52,593 nt of DNA from a virus (IMGVR_UViG_3300017747_004549:1-52593), one strand, 5' to 3'. Shown: positions 8,733-17,066, counted from the first letter of the stretch. The notes: generated by a model from the letters alone, not told the origin. Program-made: numbers and translations.

Positions 8733-9694
8733 TTTCCGGATTCTCCCTGAGTTGTTGCCGCGCTGTCGAGCTCCGCGATCGCTTCGCCGATCCGCCGGTT
8801 TGATAGCTCGACTTGCGACGCGCGAGCGTCGAAACACAAATACCGACGGCCGGCGAGCACCGCGGCCGCGGCCGTCGTGCCGGATCCGCTGAACGGATCG
8901 CAGACCACTCCGCCCGGCGGACAGAACATCAACACAAATTCACGCGCGAGCGACTGGGGGAATGGGGCCTCGTTGTCATGCGCCAACGGGGATCCCATTA
9001 GCCCGCCGCCGACCTTATGCCAGCGGACGTTGCCGGGATTCGCTAGTTTCGGCTTAGCGTATTTTTTCGCCCGCGTCCGCTTGTCGCTCTTCGTGCGATT
9101 TGTCGCCACTCCGCCGGCTTCGTATTTCGGGGGCTCGCCGATCGCCGTTGGATCGCCGTAAGGAAGCTTGACCACGTCGCGCGACGTTGCGCAAACGATA
9201 AGCTCGTAATTGTCCCGCAACCAGTCCGGCCCACCGCTGCCGGGCGTCCCCCAGCGCGCGAATATTGGGGGCTTGCGTACCCGGAATGTGGGCCCGAACT
9301 TGTCGCAGCGGCAAGCGCAGAACGTGCCGGTCGCCCCCAGGGCAGAAAGTCGCCGCCCACAGCCGCGACACGATTTCGAGCGCTTCAGATCCGCGACCAG
9401 CATAAACGGCGTCGCGCTGTTCTCGAAATCCTTTGTAAACCCGTTCACCACGAACGCGACCAGCCCGCGGGATACCCGCGTCGCTTCCGTGAAAATTTCG
9501 AGCATCCAGGAAACCCAGGCTTCGCCGACCAGCGACGTAATGCCGGGCTCGCCGTTGTAGCGTCGCTGCGCTTCGTAGGGGGGCGAGCCGAAAATCAGAT
9601 CGATCGACTTGCTTTCCATCGCGCGGAGCGATCCCAGCGCGTCGCCTTGCGACACACTGCCAAGTCGAGTTATCAGGCTGTTTGTAAAGCTCAT
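8729..9694 (-). CDS. Beta-class DNA methyltransferase, likely N4-cytosine
   Basis: DLIFGSPPY catalytic motif before H.APFP and the DPFSGSGTT SAM-binding motif. Confidence 0.88.
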   Translation of the reverse strand: MSFTNSLITRLGSVSQGDALGSLRAMESKSIDLIFGSPPYEAQRRYNGEPGITSLVGEAWVSWMLEIFTEATRVSRGLVAFVVNGFTKDFENSATPFMLVADLKRSKSCRGCGRRLSALGATGTFCACRCDKFGPTFRVRKPPIFARWGTPGSGGPDWLRDNYELIVCATSRDVVKLPYGDPTAIGEPPKYEAGGVATNRTKSDKRTRAKKYAKPKLANPGNVRWHKVGGGLMGSPLAHDNEAPFPQSLAREFVLMFCPPGGVVCDPFSGSGTTAAAAVLAGRRYLCFDARASQVELSNRRIGEAIAELDSAATTQGESGK

Positions 9695-10116
9695 TCGGGC
9701 TTGCTCCTGGGATCGGCCGCGGGATATCGGAAACCGTAAACAAGTCGCTCCCGCGCGGCCGCCAGAACGTCGGCCGGCAGCAGATCCGGGAAATGGATCG
9801 CGGCGAGCTCTTCTGCCAGCAGCACCCAGGACGCGCCGACGCAGTCGCCGGGATCTGGCGCGGCGATCAGACAGTCATACTCGCCGAACATAAAGCAGCC
9901 GCTGGGCGCTGGGCGCTGGGCGCGAATATGTACGCGCGTCGCCGGCTCGCGAATCTTGTAAATCGAAACCGTTTCGCCGATCGCCGGCTCATCGCCGGTC
10001 TGATCGAGCGCGTCGAGCTCGCCGGATTTCGACAGCACCACCCGCAACAGCGCCGGAGCTCGCCGGAGCATTAGCGACCGGCCGTCGGCCGGCCCGCCGT
10101 GAAATTTGATCGTCAT
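9691..10116 (-). CDS. Hypothetical protein (starts MTIKFHGGPADG)
   Basis: GAGGGCTGAAAAAATG start motif; GGP.DG N-terminus. Confidence 0.7.
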   Translation of the reverse strand: MTIKFHGGPADGRSLMLRRAPALLRVVLSKSGELDALDQTGDEPAIGETVSIYKIREPATRVHIRAQRPAPSGCFMFGEYDCLIAAPDPGDCVGASWVLLAEELAAIHFPDLLPADVLAAARERLVYGFRYPAADPRSKPE

Positions 10117-10131
10117 TTTTTCAGCCCTCAC

Positions 10132-10168
10132 AAAAGAGAAAACGCCGCCGGCACAATGCCGGCGGCGG
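10132..10168 (-). terminator. Intrinsic terminator
   Basis: CGCCGCCGGCA-loop-TGCCGGCGGCG then TTTTCTCTTTT. Confidence 0.7.
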
Positions 10169-10216
10169 GCTCGCCGCGCACGACTCCGCGCGGCGAGCTG
10201 TTATTCGTTGCACCCA

Positions 10217-10504
10217 TTACGCAATCTCCATATCGGGGAACAAGTCGAGCTGCCCCCGGCAATCGCCCAGGCCACGCAGCAGGGGGAGTTGCTTCGCCGG
10301 CCGGGCGTCGATCAGGATCGGCCGGAGCTCCGCGGCCGCGGCCGGCTCTTCGTCGAGCTCGACTTCGCCGACCCCGTCGCAATCGCGGCAAGCAACGTAG
10401 CCCGTCCCGTTGCAAGCGTCGCAGATTCGCCGCTCGCCACCCGTCCCGCCACAGCGGCCGCAGGACAGCTTGCAACCTTCGCACGTTTCACAGATCGTCA
10501 ACAT
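10217..10504 (-). CDS. DnaJ-type zinc-finger protein with C-terminal QLDLF
   Basis: Four CxxCxG(xG) repeats, acidic linker, QLPLL and QLDLF. Confidence 0.75.
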   Translation of the reverse strand: MLTICETCEGCKLSCGRCGGTGGERRICDACNGTGYVACRDCDGVGEVELDEEPAAAAELRPILIDARPAKQLPLLRGLGDCRGQLDLFPDMEIA

Positions 10505-10608
10505 TGTTCAGCCCTTCGCGTTTGGTGTTTCGTGTCTCGTCTTCCCGATTTTACCGGGAAGCCGGCCGGCCGGCAAGAGGGATTCCCCGAATTTTTCGGG
10601 AAATCCCT
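10505..10608 (-). promoter_or_regulatory. Promoter cassette 4
   Basis: AGGGATTTCCCGAAAAATTCGGGGAATCCCT inverted repeat; TTGCCG-17-TAAAAT; AAGGGCTGAACAATG. Confidence 0.85.
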
Positions 10609-10621
10609 GGGCGGCCGGCCT

Positions 10622-10819
10622 TTAGCTTGCCGGCTTGCCGACAACAGTCAGCCGGCCAGTAAGCTTGCAGAACGTCACGCAGTAGCGGGAAGAGTGCATT
10701 GCGGCCGGGCCCCATGTTTCGGCGCTAAAAGCGGCGAGAGTGTATTGGGATTCCCAGCAGCCAGCGGACGGCGTGTACCCAGCTTCTACGACCGCGGCCT
10801 TGAGTTGTTCCAGCGTCAT
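10622..10819 (-). CDS. Small hypothetical protein (cassette gene)
   Basis: 65 aa ORF after AAGGGCTGAAAAATG. Confidence 0.7.
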   Translation of the reverse strand: MTLEQLKAAVVEAGYTPSAGCWESQYTLAAFSAETWGPAAMHSSRYCVTFCKLTGRLTVVGKPAS

Positions 10820-10951
10820 TTTTCAGCCCTTCGCTTGCGGCCGCGAATCCCGCGGGAGAAAGCCCCGCGGCGGAAGATTCACAACCGACACACGTAATTT
10901 ATCGACCGGCCGGCGGCCGGTCAATCCCAATTCCCGAAATTTTCGGGAATT
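10820..10951 (-). promoter_or_regulatory. Promoter cassette 5
   Basis: Palindrome 10929-10951; TTGACC-17-TAAATT; structured leader 10837-10889. Confidence 0.85.
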
Positions 10952-10962
10952 ATTTCGGGCAG

Positions 10963-11247
10963 CTATCGCGAATAATGCACACTGACAAGCCGGCGGAGTA
11001 ACTTGACAGCGGCGTCGGCGACCGGCTCGTCGGCCTCGCCGGCGGCCGCGCGTTCCAGGCTGCGGATTAGCCCGTTCCGATTTACTTCTAGGGTCGCGAT
11101 AATCCGCTTGGTGAGCTCGACAGTAGACGCCGCGCCAGTGACGTTCAGGCTTTCCAGATTCGCGAGCGTGCGAAACTGCAGCGCGAGCGACTTGTTCAGG
11201 CGGGCGATTTGCTTCCCAGTGATTTCGATCGATGTTTTCGTGATCAT
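10963..11247 (-). CDS. Small helical hypothetical protein
   Basis: 94 aa ORF after AAAGGCTGAAAAAAATG. Confidence 0.7.
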   Translation of the reverse strand: MITKTSIEITGKQIARLNKSLALQFRTLANLESLNVTGAASTVELTKRIIATLEVNRNGLIRSLERAAAGEADEPVADAAVKLLRRLVSVHYSR

Positions 11248-11313
11248 TTTTTCAGCCTTTGAAATGGATCCCAGGGGAACGGCCGGCGATCGCCGGCCGC
11301 GGAGCGAATGAAC

Positions 11314-11505
11314 CTAAGCGGCGGGGAAATTGTGTTCCCGGAGCGCGATCGCGAAGGCGACGTCCTCCGCGTAGCCCTCCGACTTGAGGACGCGAACCCG
11401 ATTAAAAATGAGCTCTTTCGTGAGCTCCGGAGCGTAACGGGTCTTGAGCCCGGCTTCCATGCGGGCCAGATTCTCTTCGATGTTTTGGCGGATGAAGTTT
11501 GTCAC
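11314..11505 (-). CDS. Small hypothetical protein (cassette gene)
   Basis: 63 aa ORF after AAAGGGCTGAACAGTG. Confidence 0.7.
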   Translation of the reverse strand: MTNFIRQNIEENLARMEAGLKTRYAPELTKELIFNRVRVLKSEGYAEDVAFAIALREHNFPAA

Positions 11506-11604
11506 TGTTCAGCCCTTTCGCGTTTGTGGTGATTGTCTCGACTCCCCGATTATATCGGGAAGCCGCGCTGCCGTCAATAGCAATTCCCGAAACTTTCGGG
11601 AATT
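11506..11604 (-). promoter_or_regulatory. Promoter cassette 6
   Basis: Palindrome 11582-11604; TTGACG-17-TATAAT. Confidence 0.9.
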
Positions 11605-11755
11605 ATTGGAAAAATACTGTCTTGGCGATTTCGCCGACGCAAACCACCCGCGAACATCCGCAGCGCTTCGCGATCCGCAACCAGCGATCGACCTCCGCGG
11701 CCGTGCTGCAAACCTTCGAGAAACCGTTCATCCCGTAAGCCGTAAGCGTTGTCAT
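11603..11755 (-). CDS. 50 aa hypothetical protein, absent from the ORF track
   Basis: Hand translation MTTLTAYGMNGFSKVCSTAAEVDRWLRIAKRCGCSRVVCVGEIAKTVFFQ; GGGGA RBS; fills the gap. Confidence 0.55.
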   Translation of the reverse strand: MTTLTAYGMNGFSKVCSTAAEVDRWLRIAKRCGCSRVVCVGEIAKTVFFQ

Positions 11756-11806
11756 TTTTCGATCCCCCAGGGGGCGGCCGGCGTCGCCGGCCGCCAGTGA
11801 TTGAAA

Positions 11807-12019
11807 CTAAACCGCCAGATCCGGGCCAGCGGCGACGATCGTCAGGAAGTAGCTGGCGATCGTCCGCGGGTCTTCGACCGACGCGAACCGGAACGAGCGG
11901 CCGAAAGCTTCGATAAAAAACCCGTCATTGGATCCCGCGACCACTTGGCACCACTTCCCCGGGATCGCCCGGATCGAGTCGCAAGAATTCAGAACTTCGG
12001 CAAGCGTGATCGTCTTCAT
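11807..12019 (-). CDS. Small hypothetical protein (cassette gene)
   Basis: 70 aa ORF after AAAGGGCTGAACAATG. Confidence 0.7.
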   Translation of the reverse strand: MKTITLAEVLNSCDSIRAIPGKWCQVVAGSNDGFFIEAFGRSFRFASVEDPRTIASYFLTIVAAGPDLAV

Positions 12020-12112
12020 TGTTCAGCCCTTTGTGTTGGTGATTGTCTCGACTCCCCGATTATATCGGGAAGTCGATCGATCGTCAACAGCAATTCCCGA
12101 AACTTTCGGGAA
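12020..12112 (-). promoter_or_regulatory. Promoter cassette 7
   Basis: Palindrome 12092-12112; TTGACG-17-TATAAT; nearly identical to cassette 6. Confidence 0.9.
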
Positions 12113-12155
12113 ATAATCCGGCGGGCTTCCTTGCCCGCCGGCGTCCGGCCCCGGC

Positions 12156-12674
12156 TTATCGCTTGCGCGGCTTCCCGTAGGCTGTCAGGCTTGCTTGGAA
12201 TTCCATCGCCCGCGACCATGTTTCGGCCGTCTTCGGATCGCCCTTGGCGTGCTGGATCCGAACCGCGGAGTCGAGCCCCAGGTGGGCGTGATGCTCGCCG
12301 CAATCGATGACCACCTGTTCCATTTCATAGGGAACCATTTTGTAAACGCCGTCAACATTCCGGAGCGACTCGCCGCGAACAATCTCCCGGCCCACAGCCA
12401 GCACGGTAAGGAACTTGTCGTAGGGCTTGCCGCCCATCGTGATACAACCACAGCGAACCACGTCGCCGGGCTGAACGTCGGCCGCCGGCTTGCTCCGGAT
12501 CGCTTCCAGGAAATTGCGGGTCGCGGCCCCGCGCTTGGTGAACTGCCGGCCGGATCCGCCGCAACCGAAACACGTTGTTCCGTATTGCTGGCAGTAAGAA
12601 TAATTCCCGGATCCCCCGCAACGGCTGCAGGTCTTCGTTTCGATCTTGTTCAGGATTTCGGCGACTTGCGACAT
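12156..12674 (-). CDS. Hypothetical protein with N-terminal CxxCxGxG zinc finger
   Basis: CSRCGGSG and CFGCGGSG. Confidence 0.75.
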   Translation of the reverse strand: MSQVAEILNKIETKTCSRCGGSGNYSYCQQYGTTCFGCGGSGRQFTKRGAATRNFLEAIRSKPAADVQPGDVVRCGCITMGGKPYDKFLTVLAVGREIVRGESLRNVDGVYKMVPYEMEQVVIDCGEHHAHLGLDSAVRIQHAKGDPKTAETWSRAMEFQASLTAYGKPRKR

Positions 12675-12808
12675 TGTTCAGCCCTTCGTTTGCGGCCGCG
12701 AATCCCGCGAGCTGATCAGCCCGCGGCGGAAAGATTCACAACCGACGCCCCTAATTTATCGGGAAGCCTCGCGGCTTGCAATAGCAATTCCCGAAATTTT
12801 CGGGAATT
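12675..12808 (-). promoter_or_regulatory. Promoter cassette 8
   Basis: Palindrome 12786-12808; TTGCAA-17-TAAATT; structured leader 12692-12746. Confidence 0.85.
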
Positions 12809-12822
12809 TATTTCCGCGCATG

Positions 12823-12853
12823 AAAAAGCCCGGCGGAATCCATTCCGCCGGGC
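12823..12853 (-). terminator. Intrinsic terminator
   Basis: GCCCGGCGGAAT-GG-ATTCCGCCGGGC then TTTTT. Confidence 0.8.
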
Positions 12854-12874
12854 GTCGGGCGTCGATCGACCAGA

Positions 12875-14119
12875 TTAAGCCGGGACCAGCAAGCCGGCGA
12901 ACTTCCGGTCGCTCATTGTGATAATTTCCCCGCCCAGCGTTTCGAGCTCGCTGGCTTCCGCCGCCCGGCCGTCCCGATCGGCGACGTGCGCGGCGGCCGT
13001 GATCGACTGACACAATCCGAACCGCGACAGATCCCCAGACCCCAGCAGATCCGCCAGGATCGCGGCCTTGCGTTCATCCGTGATCCCGTATTCCTCGCTG
13101 ACATTGGCGACAGCAACCCGGGCGTCCGGCAGCTCTTGCGTTGTCGCATTGTTCAGCGCCGCGATGTAGCCCGCGAATTTGCCGGCGTCGAACGCCGTCG
13201 CGATCGCGTCGTTCACCTTCGACCAAATTACCTGGGATTCAAGCCGGCGCGTTTCATCGCTCTTGACGATCAGCCCGTCGCCGGCGTCGTTGGTTTTGCC
13301 GGCGTGGATAATCGACACGCCGTCGGCCCATACGTTGAAATTCGCACAAACTCGCCGCATGATTGCCAGCTTGACATTCAAGCCACCTTGGCCCGTTTCG
13401 CTATTGTCGAGCCGGACCGCGGCGTTGTGCACGTCGCCCGATTGACCATACCAGCGCGATTGCCAACCGTCCCCAGGGTTAAACGTGCGATCGGTGGAGA
13501 CTTCCGCTTCGATATGCGGAGCCACTCCGAACATCTCGAACCCGCCGTCCCAGAGTCGCGCCTTCCAGAGCTGCGCGCCGACTTCCCGGAACTTCGTCGC
13601 CGCACAGAAAAACAGATCCGAATTGTCGAGCGCCCGGTATTTGTCCGACAGCACAGCGCGAACCCGGCCGTCGAGCGTCCGGACCAAAAACCGCTTGCCG
13701 GCTTGCCGGGAAAGGATCCCGCGGACCAGATCGCCAAGAAGATCGTTGTACTCCCGGCCGGCGAGATTGTCGGCGAACTTGACCGGCACTTCCAAGCGCC
13801 CCAGGAGCTGCGAGCTCGCCGTTCGCGAAAGCGGCATCGCCCCGACCCCGGCCTTGAGCGCGATCCCGTTCGGTCGGTCGCTCTTGCTGGCTTCATCCGC
13901 GGCCCGTTCGGCATCTTCCCAGGACAGATACAACCGGCCGTCGACTTCAAACGTGCGATCGCTGCCGGCGAAGACCAGCAGCCCGTCGTCGGTATAGCTG
14001 AGTTTCTCGACTGGATAGATCAAGTCGCGCTTCGCGGCTTTTTGTCGCTCGATTTCAGCAACCACGCCGGCGATAGCAGAACGATCGAAAGTCAACCCCA
14101 TGAACTCGTGAACAGCCAT
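12875..14119 (-). CDS. DUF932-like phage/plasmid protein
   Basis: RAVLSDKYR.LDN, NSETG.G, R.VCAN and IIHAG motifs as I recall them for this family. Confidence 0.7.
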   Translation of the reverse strand: MAVHEFMGLTFDRSAIAGVVAEIERQKAAKRDLIYPVEKLSYTDDGLLVFAGSDRTFEVDGRLYLSWEDAERAADEASKSDRPNGIALKAGVGAMPLSRTASSQLLGRLEVPVKFADNLAGREYNDLLGDLVRGILSRQAGKRFLVRTLDGRVRAVLSDKYRALDNSDLFFCAATKFREVGAQLWKARLWDGGFEMFGVAPHIEAEVSTDRTFNPGDGWQSRWYGQSGDVHNAAVRLDNSETGQGGLNVKLAIMRRVCANFNVWADGVSIIHAGKTNDAGDGLIVKSDETRRLESQVIWSKVNDAIATAFDAGKFAGYIAALNNATTQELPDARVAVANVSEEYGITDERKAAILADLLGSGDLSRFGLCQSITAAAHVADRDGRAAEASELETLGGEIITMSDRKFAGLLVPA

Positions 14120-14256
14120 TTTTCAGCCCTTCAAAATTTCGCGGCCGTTGATTGCCGCGGGAAATCCCGCGGCGGAAACAACCAACAACCGACAAGGGAG
14201 AATATCGCATGGCGGCAAAATCATTGCAACCCCAATTCCCGAAATTTTCGGGAATT
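14120..14256 (-). promoter_or_regulatory. Promoter cassette 9
   Basis: Palindrome 14234-14256; TTGCAA-19-TATTCT; structured leader 14142-14193. Confidence 0.8.
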
Positions 14257-14267
14257 CTCTCAAGTTT

Positions 14268-16568
14268 TTACCGGGCCCCGGAAAATGGCAATTCGTCGCC
14301 GTAGGATCCCACCGCAACGGGCTCATCGTCCGCGGGCATATCGGGATTCGGGGGCGACCAGTTGTCGCCGGCTTCCTTCATCAGTGACGCGAGCCGCTCG
14401 TCGATCTTATCGTGAAACTCCCGGGAAGTCCGGCTCGGTTCCCTTTGTCTTCCTTCAATGATAAGGTTCCAAACAGCTTTCTCCGCATTGTCCGTGTTCA
14501 TAAATTGCGGATAGTTGCTTTCTAAATACTCCGCGGCAACATCCATCCCGACAACGTGATCATAGTCGCCGCCGCGGCCGTCCTTGCCGCCGCGGTTTTC
14601 AACCCGCTTCAAGTCGCCGGCGTCCTTGCCGAGCATTTTTCGCAACGAGTCTTTCAGATTCTCGCGGTCCCGAAAATCTTGGATATGCTCGCCCCAAACT
14701 TCATCCATGAATTGCGCGTATGTCTCTTCACTCATTCCCCATTGTTCAGCCTGATAAGCCATAATTTTTTTCAGGCTGCGCGTATTTCCAGGAGCTCGAT
14801 CAAGCGCGTCCTTCTCCGCGGCCGTCTTCGCTTCCTTTTTGGCGGCCGTCACTTCCTCGCGCTTCTCATCAAAAAAATCAGCGACGCCGGCGAACTTGTC
14901 CTCGCCGCTCTTCTCACGCGTCGCTTTCTGTTCCGCGAAGTAGCTCCCGGATTTTGTGACGTGCATCCCGCGCATCCCTCGCGGACCGCCGGCGATAATG
15001 TTCCCGTCCTTGTCGAGCTTGACCGGGAAGCCTCCGACGTGCTCGCCGCCGTCGCCCTTCCGGCCCCCGATCGTCACCCAGCGCTCGCCGTTGCTGGATC
15101 CGCCGCCGTCGCCGGCGAGCTGCAAGAGCTCCGCGTCGCTCGCGAACTGCAGCGCCGCCGGGCTGATCCATTCCCCAGGACGATAGTAAACGCCGCCCAC
15201 AGTCGAGCCGCAGAGCGGCCGGGCTTGCCTGGGCGTCAATCGGTCCCGCCAATTACACGTGCGGGCGCGAGAGTCGCCGGCGCTGAATTGAGAATTTCCG
15301 TAGCCTTCCGCCGATGCACCAACAGGCGGGGAGTCCCCCGCGGATTGTGGGCTCGCCGGCGGGCGCTGAAAACCGAATCCACTAAAGATCGAGCTGGATC
15401 CGCGGCCGCCGTCCTCTTTCTCGCCGCCGCCCATAAGCTGCTGAATTGTCTCGATCAGCGGCTTGACCTTGATTTGATAGGATGGGGCGCAGCCGAATTC
15501 CCAGCGGACAAGCGGCCGGATAATTTGCTGATCGACTTGCCGCGCGTAGCCCTCTCCCTCAGTCTGCAGCGCCGCGAGCAATCCAACCATCGGAATCGTA
15601 CGGCCGTTGTAAGCGTTGCCGCCCTCCGCCGTTTCGAGAACTTCCCCAGGCACTTCGAGCCCCTCGACAATCTCAAGATCGAGCTCCTTCTTGTATTCAT
15701 GGATCGGCGTCGCGCCTTCGACGGCCGTCGGGCCCGTGTATTCCCATTCGTAGTTACCATCGGCCGTGCGATCGCTGGGGATCCCCATCACTCCGCCCGA
15801 TTGCCGGAGCTGGATAATCTCGCGCGCTACGTCGCGCCAGCTAACGACTTCGCCCCCGGGCGTCAGCGTGCGCCGATTTGTGGGATATCGCAAAATGTCA
15901 CCTACCCAGGCGTCCTTCATCATCCGGAGCTGCCGGAGCTTGATCGCGCCGCCGCGCTGCCACTTTTCATGCCAGGGCGCGTAAGCGTGCTCGACAAGAG
16001 ATTGCCCGTAGTAATTGGAATAGCGATCTTTGTACGTGATCCAACAGCCCTTGGGCGCAAATAGCGCGAGCTTCCCGCCGGCCCCGTTTTGGCAATTGTT
16101 CAGCGTCAACCCGACAATCTTCCCCTCGCTAACCAGCGGGCGTATGTCGCGGGGATGAAAATCCCGATACCCGCAAAACATCGCCCGGCCGGCGTCCGGG
16201 CTGTTTGCGTCGCCGGGCTCAAACATCGGCTCGAAGCCAGTCCAGCCAATATGCTTGGCCTCGACAATAACGGGCCCGGCGAGCGTCCAGATTTTTTCCC
16301 ATTGCCGCGCGACATATTCCCGGATTCCAGGCGGACCTCCGACAACCTCAATTTCCATCTGCGCGAGTAGCCCGTTCCGGATCGCAAGCGCCAGCGTCAC
16401 CTTGTGATCGAACATCATCAATTCGGCCGTAACCGCGGAAAATGGCGGCCGGTCTTCATAGTGGAACAGCGCCCCAGGATTGCCGACCCGCCGCTTGTAT
16501 TCCTCCGATTGAGCCCGCTCGCTTGTTAGCTGATCGTGAGACAATTTAGGCCACTGAAACCATCCCAT
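14268..16568 (-). CDS. Portal protein (Mu gp29/DUF935-like) with a long C-terminal extension
   Basis: M..D..V..AL..R, G..GFE, YYGQSL...AY.PW..K and QIIRPLVRWEFG pattern over the first ~380 aa; no other portal candidate. Confidence 0.72.
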   Translation of the reverse strand: MGWFQWPKLSHDQLTSERAQSEEYKRRVGNPGALFHYEDRPPFSAVTAELMMFDHKVTLALAIRNGLLAQMEIEVVGGPPGIREYVARQWEKIWTLAGPVIVEAKHIGWTGFEPMFEPGDANSPDAGRAMFCGYRDFHPRDIRPLVSEGKIVGLTLNNCQNGAGGKLALFAPKGCWITYKDRYSNYYGQSLVEHAYAPWHEKWQRGGAIKLRQLRMMKDAWVGDILRYPTNRRTLTPGGEVVSWRDVAREIIQLRQSGGVMGIPSDRTADGNYEWEYTGPTAVEGATPIHEYKKELDLEIVEGLEVPGEVLETAEGGNAYNGRTIPMVGLLAALQTEGEGYARQVDQQIIRPLVRWEFGCAPSYQIKVKPLIETIQQLMGGGEKEDGGRGSSSIFSGFGFQRPPASPQSAGDSPPVGASAEGYGNSQFSAGDSRARTCNWRDRLTPRQARPLCGSTVGGVYYRPGEWISPAALQFASDAELLQLAGDGGGSSNGERWVTIGGRKGDGGEHVGGFPVKLDKDGNIIAGGPRGMRGMHVTKSGSYFAEQKATREKSGEDKFAGVADFFDEKREEVTAAKKEAKTAAEKDALDRAPGNTRSLKKIMAYQAEQWGMSEETYAQFMDEVWGEHIQDFRDRENLKDSLRKMLGKDAGDLKRVENRGGKDGRGGDYDHVVGMDVAAEYLESNYPQFMNTDNAEKAVWNLIIEGRQREPSRTSREFHDKIDERLASLMKEAGDNWSPPNPDMPADDEPVAVGSYGDELPFSGAR

Positions 16569-16585
16569 CGCTCATTCTCCCCTCG

Positions 16586-16714
16586 AAAGTAACGGGCCGA
16601 GTCTACTTTTAATCCGCGCAAGTCGTTGCGGGGTCTAATGTAGTAACAAGTAAAGTAAAACGCCCCGGCGCGCATAAAAAAACCGGCCGGGCCTCGCGCA
16701 CGTGTATATTACTT
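16586..16714. repeat. Dispersed origin-like element, copy A
   Basis: Shares four blocks at identical spacing with 46077-46205. Confidence 0.8.
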
Positions 16715-16757
16715 GCGCGAACCCCGGCCGGCGATAGTTGGGCCAGCTTGCCGGATC

Positions 16758-17012
16758 CTAAGCGATCGCGGCGAGCGGATCCACGTCGCAACCGCCAGCG
16801 CCGCAACCACCGCGGCGGCCGCCGCCGCGGCGACGCCGGAACGGCCAGATCGCCAGGGCTTCGCCCGGATCGCGGCCCTCGATCAGCTCGCCATCGATCG
16901 GCCGCGGGAATTCAACCGGCTTCGCCGCCGCCGCCGCGCCGATCCCCAGCGGGAAAAACAGCGACGCGCCCAGCAACAGCAGCAAACCAAAAACGCACAG
17001 AAAACGAAACAT
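16758..17012 (-). CDS. Small membrane or exported protein with a basic Gly/Cys tail
   Basis: Hydrophobic N-terminus; WPFRRRRGGGRRGGCGAGGC; GAGGG RBS. Confidence 0.6.
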   Translation of the reverse strand: MFRFLCVFGLLLLLGASLFFPLGIGAAAAAKPVEFPRPIDGELIEGRDPGEALAIWPFRRRRGGGRRGGCGAGGCDVDPLAAIA

Positions 17013-17066
17013 CGGGAAACCCCTCGAACAAGATCCCGGCCGGAAATAGCGGCGGCCGGATCCGCT

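Noticed and set aside
10578-14256. Palindromic repeats as a CRISPR array or integron attC sites
   Set aside because: Spacing is irregular and gene-sized, each copy abuts a -35 box, and no cas or integrase gene was recognised
12986-14461. Long plus-strand ORFs (also 14556-16064, 18462-19760, 23879-24964, 26992-27906)
   Set aside because: Antisense shadows of well-supported minus-strand genes in GC-rich DNA, with no motifs
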